The notes beneath the pieces were generated by a model. That model had not been told where the DNA came from, did not search any database, and was given only the letters and a program-made list of their open reading frames with translations. From Eledone cirrhosa (Eukaryota), in NCBI GenBank assembly GCA_964016885.1, contig OZ024741.1:1736001-1800000 (forward strand): DNA of 64,000 bases, in the 5' to 3' direction. The position numbers and the translations under genes are program-made. Below, in pieces: positions 14,861-25,400 of the stretch; position 1 is the stretch's first letter, and each line of letters starts with the position of its first letter.

Positions 14861-17800
14861 CTCTCATGGCTATATTGGTATATAGTATATAGACTGGTGT
14901 TACCTGTCCTGGGTATATTGGTATATTGTATATAGACTGGTGTTACCTGTCCTGGGTATATTGGTATATAGTATATTGACTGGTGTTACCTCTCCTGGCT
15001 ATATTGCTATATAGTACATAGACTGGTGTTACCTGTCTTGGGTATATTGGTACATAGTATATAGGCTGGTGTTACCTGTCCTGGGTATATTGGTATATAG
15101 TATATAGACTGGTGTTACCTCTCCTGGGTATATTGGTATATAGTATACAGACAGGTGTTACCTCGCCAGGTTATATTACTATATAGTATATAGAGTGGTG
15201 TTACCATTCCTGGGTATATTGGTATATAGTATATAGACTGGTGTTACATATCCTGGGTATATTGGTATATAGTATATAGACTGGTGTTACCTGTACTGGG
15301 TATATTGGTATATAGTATATAGACAGGTGTTACCTGTACTGGGTATATTGGTATATAGTATATAGACAGGTGTTACATCTCCAGGGTATATTGGTATACA
15401 GTATATAGACTGGTGTTACCTGTCCTGGGTATATTGGTATATAGTATATAGACTGGTGTTACCTGTACTGGGTATATTGGTATATAGTATATAGACAGGT
15501 GTTACATCTCCAGGGTATATTGGTATACAGTATATAGACTGGTGTTACCTGTCCTGGGTATATAGTATACACACTGGTGTAACCTCTCCTGGGTATATTG
15601 GTGTATAGTATATAGACTGGTGTTACCTCTCCCTGGTATATTGGTATATAGTATATAGACAGGTGCTACCTGTCCTGGGTATATTGGTATATAGTATATA
15701 GACTCGTGTTACCTCTCCTGGGTATATTGGTATATAGTATATTGACTGGTGTTACCTCTCCTGGGTATATTGGTATATAGTATATACACTGGTGTTACAT
15801 CTCCTGGGTATATTGGTATATAGTATAGAGACTGGTGTTACCTGTCCCGGGTATATTGGTATATAGTATATAGACTGGTGTTACCTCTCCTGGGTATATT
15901 GGTATATAGTATATAGCCTGGTGTTACCTGTCCTGTGTATATTGGTATATAGTATATACACTGGTGTTGCCTGTCCTGGTTATATTGATATATAGTATAT
16001 AGACTGGTGTTACCTCTCCTGGGTATATTGGTAAATAGTATATAGACTGGTGTTACCTCTCCTGGTATATTGGTATATAGTATACAGACAGGTGTTACCT
16101 CGCCAGGTTATATTACTATATAGTATATAGACAGGTGTTACCAATCCTGGGTATTTGGTATATAGTATATAGACTGGTGTTACCACTCCTGGGTATATTG
16201 GTATATAGTATATAGACTGGTGTTACCACTAATGGGTATATTGGTATATAGTATATAGACTGGTGTTACCCTGTCCTGGGTATATTGATATATAGTATAT
16301 AGACTGGTGTAACTACTCCTGGGTATATTGGTATATAGTATATAGACTGGGGTTACCTGTCCTGGGTATACTGGTATATAGTATATAGACTGGTGTTACT
16401 TTTCTGGGTATATAGTATATAGACTGGTGTACCCACTCCTGGGTATATTGGTATATAGTATATAGACTGGTGTTACATCTCCTGGGTATATTCGTATATA
16501 TAATATAGACTGGTGTTACCTGTCCTGGGTATATTAGTATATAGTATATAGACTGGTGTTACCTGTCCTGGATATATTGGTTTATAGTATATAGACAGGT
16601 GTTACCTGTCCTGGGTATATTGGTATATAGTATATATAAAGGTGTTAACTCTCCTGGATATATTGGTATATAGTATATAGACTGGTGTTACATTTCGTGG
16701 GTATGTTGGTATATAGTATATAGGCTGGTGTTACATGTCCTGGGTATATTGGTATATAGTATATAGACTGGTGTTACCTCTCATGGCTATATTGGTATAT
16801 AGTATATAGACTGGTGTTACCTGTCCTGGGTATATTGGTATATAGTATATAGACTGGTGTTACCTGTCCTGGGTATATTGGTATATAGTATATTGACTGG
16901 TGTTACCTCTCCTGGCTATATTGGTATATAGTACATAGACTGGTGTTACCTGTCTTGGGTATATTGGTATATAGTATATAGACTGGTGTTACCTGTACTG
17001 GGTATATTGGTATATAGTATATAGACAGGTGTTACCTGTCCTGGGTATATAGTATATAGACTGGTGTAACCTCTCCTGGGTATATTGGAGTATAGAATAT
17101 AGACTGGTTTTAGTTGTCCTGCGTATATTGGTATATAGTACATAGACTGGTGTTACCTCTCCTGGGTACATAGTATATAGACTGGTGTTACCTGTCCTTG
17201 GTATATTGGTACATAGTATATAGACTGATGTTTCCTGTCCTGGGTATATTGGTATATAGTATATAGACAGGTGTTACCTCTCCAGGGTATATGTGTATAT
17301 AGTATATAGACTGGTGTTAACTTCCTGGGTATATAGTATATAGACTGATGTAACCTCTCCTGGGTATATTGGTGTATAGTATATAGACTGGTGTTACCTC
17401 TCCCTGGTATATTGGTATACAGTATATAGACAGTTGTTACCTGTCCTGGGTATATCTGTATATAGTATATAGACTCGTGTTACCTCTCCTGGGTATATTG
17501 GTATATAGTATATAGACTGGTGTTACCTCTCCTGTGTATATTGGTATATAGTATATAGACTGGTGTACCCTCTCCTGGGTATATTGGTATATATAATATA
17601 GACTGGTGTTACCTGTCCTGGGTATATAGTATAAAGACTGGTGTAACCTCTCCTGGGTATATTGGTGTATAGTATATAGACTGGTGTTACCTCTCCCTGG
17701 TATATTGGTATATAGTATATAGACAGGTGTTACCTGTCCTGGGTATATTGGTATATAGTATATAGACCCGTGTTACCTCTCCTGGGTATATTGGTATATA

Positions 17801-18368
17801 GTATATAGACCGGTGTTACCTGTACTGGGTATATTGGTATATAGTATATAGACAGGTGTTACATCTCCAGGGTATATTGGTATACAGTATATAGACTGGT
17901 GTTACCTGTCCTGGGTATATAGTATACAGACTGGTGTAACCTCTCCTGGGTATATTGGTGTATAGTATATAGACTGGTGTTACCTCTCCCTGGTATATTG
18001 GTATATAGTATATAGACAGGTGTTACCTGTCCTTGGTATATTGGTATATAGTATATAGACTCGTGTTACCTCTCCTGGGTATATTGGTATATAGTATATA
18101 GACTGGTGTTACCTCTCCTGGGTATATTGGTATATAGTATATACACTGGTGTTACATCTCCTGGGTATATTGGTATATAGTATATAGACTGGTGTTACCT
18201 GTCCTGGGTATATTGGTATATAGTATATAGACTGGTGTTACCTCTCCTGGGTATATTGGTATATAGTATATAGACTGGTATTACCTGTCCTGGGTATATT
18301 GGTATACAGTATATACACTGGTGTTGCCTGTCCTGGTTATATTGGTATATAGTATACTAGCAGTAAAG

Positions 18369-18384
18369 CCCGGCGTTGCTCGGG
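18369..18384 (-). other. Helitron 3' subterminal hairpin (putative rolling-circle termination signal), copy 1
   Basis: CCCG-A-GC-AAC-GC-CGGG on the minus strand, 8 nt before the terminal CTAG (18360-18357). Confidence 0.85.
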
Positions 18385-18661
18385 GTCGCTCAGTAGCTTT
18401 GTTAAAGTTACAATGTTAAGTTTCTTTTTTGGCTTAAAAACTGTAGTGTCTACTGTGCAGACTTGCATGTGGTGTTTTTGATTAATATTCCCTGAACCAA
18501 CAATATGCCTTATGAAGTTAAGAAAACATAACGATAACCCGAATGTTATAACAAAAGAGGATGCTGGGGATAAAAACTGCACTGGTTAATTATTAACAAA
18601 GATCGAAAATGTAAACACTGCAACGCAGAGAAAAACATTAGCGTAACCAAATTATCAGTTA

Positions 18662-18880
18662 TGTCTGTCTGCACGCCTATATCACCTCTCTGCACGACTG
18701 TCTGTCTGCACGCCTATATCACCTCTCGGCACGACTGTCTGTCTGCACGCCTATATCACCTCTCTGCACGACTATCTGTCTGCACGCCAATATCACCTTT
18801 CTGCACGACTGTCTGTCTGCACGCGTATATCACCTCTCTGCACGACTGTCTGTCTGCACGACTGTCTCTCTGCACGCCTA
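18662..18880 (+). repeat. Internal 37-bp minisatellite of Helitron copy 1 (5 full units plus 2 partial)
   Basis: TGTCTGTCTGCACGCCTATATCACCTCTCTGCACGAC starts at 18662, 18699, 18736, 18773 and 18810, followed by 16-bp and 18-bp partial units. Confidence 0.97.
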
Positions 18881-19245
18881 ACGACGAAATATTTGCTTGT
18901 TTTACGTAGTCTTTAAATAGACTTGTTTTCAAGTAAAAATATTGTTCGTGTATTGTGTTAATGTCATTTTAAACGCTGAGAAAGCCAGCGTAATTTTTTA
19001 CGTAAGACGCTCAATGTAAACAGAACAAAGGGAAATAACTGATAACTTACGCTCAAAAATCGATACATTATATTCGATTTCGTCACATAGGGTGGGTCAA
19101 TTTGAAATTTTTTTTTTCCGATGTCTTCGCTAGGGCTCAATGTACAAGTATAGCAATTTCGCTGCAATTCCGTGAGAGATTCTTAGAGGAGATGTTTGCC
19201 AAAAATCGATAGACAGACAGAGAACCACAGTTTTATATATATAGA

Positions 19246-21632
19246 TAGACTGGTGTTACCTCTCCTGGGTATATTGGTAAATAGTATATAGACAGGTGTT
19301 ACCTCGCCAGGTTATATTACTATATAGTATATAGACTGGTGTTACCATTCCTGGGTATTTGGTATATAGTATATAGACTGGTGTTACCACTCCTGGGTAT
19401 TTGGTATATAGTATATAGACTGGTGTTACCACTCCTGGGTATATTGGTATATAGTATATAGACAGGTGTTACCCTGTCCTGGGTATATTGATATATAGTA
19501 TATAGACTGGTGTTTCCTGTCCTGGGTATATTGGTATATAGTATATAGACTGGTGTTACTTTTCTGGGTATATAGTATATAGACTGGTGTACCCACTCCT
19601 GGGTATATTGGTATATAGTATATAGACTGGTGTTACATCTCCTGGGTATATTCGTATATATAATATAGACTGGTGTTACCTGTCCTGCGTATATTGGTTC
19701 ATAGTATATAGACTGGTGTTACCTGTCCTGGGTGTATTGGTATATAGTATATAGGCTGGTGTTACATGTCCGGCTATATTGGTATATAGTATATAGACTG
19801 GTGTTACCTCTCCTGGTTATATTTTGTTATATAGTACATAGACTGGTGTTACCTGTCTTGGGTATATTGGTATATAGTATATAGGCTGGTGTTACCTGTC
19901 CTGGGTATATTGGTATATAGTATATAGACTGGAGTTATCTCTCCTGGCTATATTGTTATATAGTATACAGACTGGTGTTACCTGTCCTTGGTATTTGGTA
20001 TATAGTATATAGACTGGTGTTACTAGTCCTGGGTATATTGGTATATAGTATATAGACTGGTGTTACCTTTCCTGGGTGTATTGGTGTATAGTATATAGAC
20101 TGGTGTTACATCTCGCAGGTATATTAGTATATAGTATATAGACTGGTGTTACATGTCCTGGGTATATTGGTATATAGTATATAGACAGGTGTTACCTGTC
20201 CTGGGTATATTGGTATATAGTATATATACAGGTGTTAACTCTCCTGGATATATTGGTATATAGTATATAGACTGGTGTTACATTTCCTGGGTATATTGGT
20301 ATATAGTATATAGACTGGTTTTATCTCTCCTGGCTATATTGGTATATTGTATATAGGCTGGTGTTACATGTCCTGGCTATACTGGTATATAGTATATAGA
20401 CTGGTGTTACCTGTCCTCGGTATATTGGTATATAGTATATAGACTGGTGTTACCTGTCCTGGGTATATTGGTATATAGTATATAGACTGGTGTTACCTGT
20501 CCTGGGTATATTGGTATATAGTATATAGACTGGTGTTACCTGTCTTGGGTATATTGGTATATAGTATATAGACTGGTGTTATCTCTCCTGGCTATATTGT
20601 TATATACTATATAGACTGGTGTTACCTCTCCCTGGTATATTGGTATATAGTATATAGTCAGGTGTTACCTGTCCTGGGTATATTGGTATATAGTATATAG
20701 ACCCGTGTTACCTCTCCTGGGTATATTGGTATATAGTATATAGACTGGTGTTATCTCTCCTGGCTATATTGTTATATACTATATAGACTGGTGTTACCTG
20801 TCCTTGGTATTTGGTATATAGTATATAGACTGGTGTTACCTGTCCTCGGTATATTGGTATATAGTATATAGACTGGTGTTACCTGTCCTGGGTATATTGG
20901 TATATAGTATATAGACTGGTGTTACCTGTCCTTGGTATTTGGTATATAGTATATAGACTGGTGTTGCCAGTCCTGGGTATATTGGTATATAGTATATAGT
21001 CTGGTGTTACCACTCCTGGGTATATTGGTATATAGTATATAGACTGGTGTTACCTGTCCTGGGTATATTGGTATATAGTATATAGACCGGTGTTACCTGT
21101 ACTGGGTATATTGGTATATAGTATATAGACAGGTGTTACATCTCTAGGGTATATTGGTATACAGTATATAGACTGGTGTTACCTGTCCTGGGTATATAGT
21201 ATACAGACTGGTGTAACCTCTCCTGGGTATATTGGTGTATAGTATATAGACTGGTGTTACCTCTCCCTGGTATATTGGTATATAGTATATAGACAGGTGT
21301 TACCTGTCCTGGGTATATTGGTATATAGTATATAGACTCGTGTTACCTCTCCTGGGTATATTGGTATATAGTATATAGACTGGTGTTACCTCTCCTGGGT
21401 ATATTGGTATATAGTATATACACTGGTGTTACATCTCCTGGGTATATTGTTATATAGTATATAGACTGGTGTTACCTGTCCTGGGTATATTGGTATATAG
21501 TATATAGACTGGTGTTACCTCTCCTGGGTATATTGGTATATAGTATATAGACTGGTATTACCTGTCCTGGGTATATTGGTATATAGTTATACACTGGTGT
21601 TGCCGGTCCTGGTTATATTGGTATATAGTATA
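19246..21632 (+). repeat. 43-bp satellite between the two Helitron copies (2,387 bp)
   Basis: Same monomer and orientation. Shares the TTACTTTTCTGGGTATATAG...GTACCCACTCC marker with the blocks at about 16.4 kb and 22.77 kb. Confidence 0.99.
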
Positions 21633-21644
21633 CTAGCAGTAAAG

Positions 21645-21660
21645 CCCGGCGTTGCTCGGG
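21645..21660 (-). other. Helitron 3' subterminal hairpin, copy 2
   Basis: Identical to the hairpin at 18369-18384, 8 nt from the terminal CTAG. Confidence 0.85.
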
Positions 21661-21937
21661 GTCGCTCAGTAGCTGTGTTAAAGTTACAATGTTAAGTTTC
21701 TTTTTTGGCTTAAAAACTGTAGTGTCTACTGTGCAGACTTGCATGTGGTGTTTTTGATTAATATTCCCTCAACCAACAATATGCCTTATGAAGTTAAGAA
21801 AACATAACGATAACCCGAATGTTATAACAAAAGAGGATGCTGGGGATAAAAACTGCACTGGTTATTTATTAACAAAGATCGAAAATGTAAACACTGCAAC
21901 GCAGAGAAAAACATTAGCGTAACCAAATTATCAGTTA

Positions 21938-22045
21938 TGTCTGTCTGCACGCCTATATCACCTCTCTGCACGACTGTCTGTCTGCACGCGTATATCACCT
22001 CTCTGCACGACTGTCTGTCTGCACGACTGTCTGTCTGCACGCCTA
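21938..22045 (+). repeat. Internal 37-bp minisatellite of Helitron copy 2 (2 full units plus 2 partial)
   Basis: Units start at 21938 and 21975, followed by the same partial units as in copy 1. Confidence 0.97.
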
Positions 22046-22410
22046 ACGACGAAATATTTGCTTGTTTTACGTAGTCTTTAAATAGACTTGTTTTCAAGTA
22101 AAAATATTGTTCGTGTATTGTGTTAATGTCATTTTAAACGCTGAGAAAGCCAGCGTAATTTTTTACGTAAGACGCTCAATGTAAACAGAACAAAGGGAAA
22201 TAACTGATAACTTACGCTCAAAAATCGATACATTATATTCGATTTCGTCACATAGGTTGGGTCAATTTGAAATTTTTTTTTTCCGATGTCTTCGCTAGGG
22301 CTCAATGTACAAGTATAGCAATTTCGGTGCAATTCCGTGAGAGATTCTAAGAGGATATGTGTGCCAAAAATCGATAGACAGACAGAGAACCACAGTTTTA
22401 TATATATAGA

Positions 22411-25400
22411 TAGACTGGTGTTACCTCTCCTGGGTATATTGGTAAATAGTATATAGACAGGTGTTACCTCGCCAGGTTATATTACTATATAGTATATAGA
22501 CTGGTGTTACCATTCCTGGGTATTTGGTATATAGTATATAGACTGGTGTTACCACTCCTGGGTATATTGGTATATAGTATATAGACTGGTGTTACCTGTC
22601 CTGGGTATATTGGTATATAGTATATAGACTGGTGTTACCCTGTCCTGGGTATATTGATATATAGTATATAGACAGGTGTAACTACTCCTGGGTATATTGG
22701 TATATAGTATATAGACTGGGGTTACCTGTCCTGGGTATATTGGTATATAGTATATAGACTGGTGTTACTTTTCTGGGTATATAGTATATAGACTGGTGTA
22801 CCCACTCCTGGGTATATTGGTATATAGTATATAGACTGGTGTTACATCTCCTGGGTATATTCGTATATATAATATAGACTGGTGTTACCTGTCCTGCGTA
22901 TATTGGTTTATAGTATATAGACTGGTGTTACCTGTCCTGGGTATATTGGTATAAAGTATATAGACTGGTGTCACCTCTCGCTGTTATATTGTTATATAGT
23001 ATATAGACTGGTGTTACCTGTCCTGGGTATATTGGTATATAGTATATATAAAGGTGTTAACTATCCTGGATATATTGGTATATAGTATATAGACTGGTGT
23101 TAAATTTCCTGGGTATGTTGGTATATAGTATATAGACTGGTGTTACCTCTCGCAGGTATATTGGTATATAGTATATAGACTGGTGTTACATGTCCTGGGT
23201 ATATTGGGATATAGTATATACACTGGTTTTACCTCTCAAGGCTATATTGGTATATAGTATATAGGCTGGTGTTACATGTCATGGGTATATTGGTATATAG
23301 TATATAGACTGGTGTTACCTCTCATGGCTATATTGGTATATAGTATATAGACAGGTGTTACCTGTCCTGGGTATATTGGTATATAGTATATAGACTGGTG
23401 TTACCTGTACTGGGTATATTGGTATATAGTATATAGACTGGTGTTACCTCTCATGGCTATATTGGTATATAGTATATAGACTGGTGTAACCTCTCCTGGG
23501 TATGTTGGTGTATAGTATATAGACTGGTGTTACCTGTCCAGGGTATATAGTATATAGACTGGTGTAACCTCTCCTGGGTATATTGGTGTATAGAATATAG
23601 ACTGGTTTTAGTTGTCCTGGGTATATTGGTATATAGTATATTGACTGGTGTTACCTCTCCTGGCTATATTGGTATATAGTACATAGACTGGTGTTACCTC
23701 TCCTGGGTACATAGTATATAGACTGGTGTTACCTGTCCTTGGTATATGTGTATATAGTATATAGACTGGTGTTTCCGGTCCTGGGTATATGTGTATATAG
23801 TATATAGACTGGTGTTAACTTCCTGGGTATATAGTATATAGACTGGTGTAACCTCTCCTGGTTATATTGGTGTATAGTATATAGACTGGTGTTACCTCTC
23901 CCTGGTATATTGGTATTTAGTATATAGACAGGTGTTACCTGTCTTGGGTATATTTGTATTTAGTATATAGACTGGTGTACCCTCTCCTGGGTATATTGGT
24001 ATATAGTATATAGACTGGTGTTACATTTCCTGGGTATATTGGTATATAGTATATAGACAGGTGTTACATCTCCAGGGTATGTTGGTATACAGTATAAAGA
24101 CTGGTGTTACCTGTCCTGGGTATATTGGTATATAGTATATAGACAGGTGTTACATCTCCAGGGTATGTTGGTATACAGTATAAAGACTGGTGTAACCTCT
24201 CCTGGGTATATTGGTGTATAGTATATAGACTGGTGTTACCTCTCCCTGGTATATTGGTGTATAGTATATAGACAGGTGTTACCTGTCCTGGGTATATTGG
24301 TATATAGTATATAGACTCGTGTTACCTCTCCTGGGTATATTGGTATATAGTATATAGACTGGTGTTACCTCTCCTGGGTATATTGGTATATAGTATATAC
24401 ACTGGTGTTACATCTCCTGGGTATATTGGTATATAGTATATAGACTGGTGTTACCTATCCTGGGCATATTGGTATATAGTATATAGACTGGTGTTGCCTC
24501 TCCTGGGTATATTGGTATATAGTATATAGACTGGTATTACCTGTCCTGGGTATATTGGTATATAGTATATAGACTGGTGTTGCCTGTCCTGGTTATATTG
24601 GTATATAGTATATAGACTGGTGTTACCTCTCCTGGGTATATTGGTATATAGTATATAGACAGGTGTTACCTCGCCAGGTTATTTTACTATATATTATATA
24701 GACTGGTGTTACCAGTCCTGGGTATATTGGTATATAGTATATAGACTGGTGTTACCACTCCTGGGTATATTGGTATATAGTATATAGACTGGTGTTATCT
24801 GTCCTGGGTATATTGGTATATAGTATATAGACTGGTGTTACCCTGTCCTGGGTATATTGATATATAGTATATAGACTGGTGTAACCACTCCTGGGTATAT
24901 TGGTATATAGTATATAGACTGGGGTTACCTGTCCTGGGTATATTGGTACATAGTATATAGACTGGTGTTACCTGTTCTGGGTATATTGGTTTATAGTATA
25001 TAGACTGGTGTTACCTGTCCTGGTTATATTGGTATATACTATATAGGCTGGTGTTACCTCTCCTGGGTATATTGGTATATAGTATATAGACTGGTGTTAC
25101 CTCTCCTGGGTATATTGGTATATAGTATATAGACAGGTGTTACTCTGTCCTGGGTATATTGATATATAGTATATAGACTGGTGTAACCACTCCTGGGTAT
25201 ATTGGTATATAGTATATAGACTGGGGTTACCTGTCCTGGGTGTATTGGTATATAGTATATAGACTGGTGTTACCTATCCTGGGTATATTGGTATATATTA
25301 TATAGACTGGGGTTACCTGTCCTGGGTGTATTGGTATATAGTATATAGACTGGTGTTACCTCTCCTGGGTGTATTGCAATATAGTATATACTCCCGGTGT

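Larger units (their letters stand above)
1..18356 (+). repeat. 43-bp satellite DNA array, left segment (continues beyond window start)
   Basis: GTTAC recurs with 43-bp period (e.g. 43, 86). Consensus GACTGGTGTTACCT[G/C]TCCTGGGTATATTGGTATATAGTATATA, about 37% GC, no CpG in the consensus, single orientation throughout. Confidence 0.99.
18357..19245 (-). mobile_element. Non-autonomous Helitron (rolling-circle transposon), copy 1, 889 bp
   Basis: Minus strand starts TCTATATATATAAAACTGTGG and ends CCCGAGCAACGCCGGG-CTTTACTG-CTAG. Removing it restores the monomer AGTATA|TAGACTGG, so insertion is at A|T with no TSD. These are the canonical Helitron termini. No Rep/helicase ORF. Confidence 0.93.
21633..22410 (-). 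mobile_element. Non-autonomous Helitron, copy 2, 778 bp
   Basis: Same termini and A|T site as copy 1. Nine substitutions by manual alignment (about 99% identity), and 111 bp (3x37) shorter. Confidence 0.93.

Noticed and set aside
18369-18400. Hairpin as a bacterial rho-independent terminator or tRNA fragment
   Set aside because: No upstream gene, no adjacent U-tract and no cloverleaf. Its position 8 nt from CTAG|T fits a Helitron 3' end.
18357-19245. Insert as a MITE/TIR element with TA duplication, or as a SINE
   Set aside because: The ends (CTAGCAG... and ...TATATAGA) are not inverted repeats, excision restores the monomer with no extra bases, and no Pol III A/B boxes or poly(A) tail were recognised.
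19230-19245. TATATATAAAA, and the satellite TATATA tracts, as TATA-box promoters
   Set aside because: Explained as the Helitron 5' terminus and the monomer subrepeats, with no downstream gene.
18337-22332. ORFs within the inserts (18337, 18661, 18964, 21822, 22129) as transposase, RepHel or captured genes
   Set aside because: All are 91 aa or shorter with no HUH or helicase motifs. One runs out into the satellite, and two depend on VNTR phase and are not shared between the copies. The shared 67-aa ORF begins at an ATT codon and has no recognisable domain.
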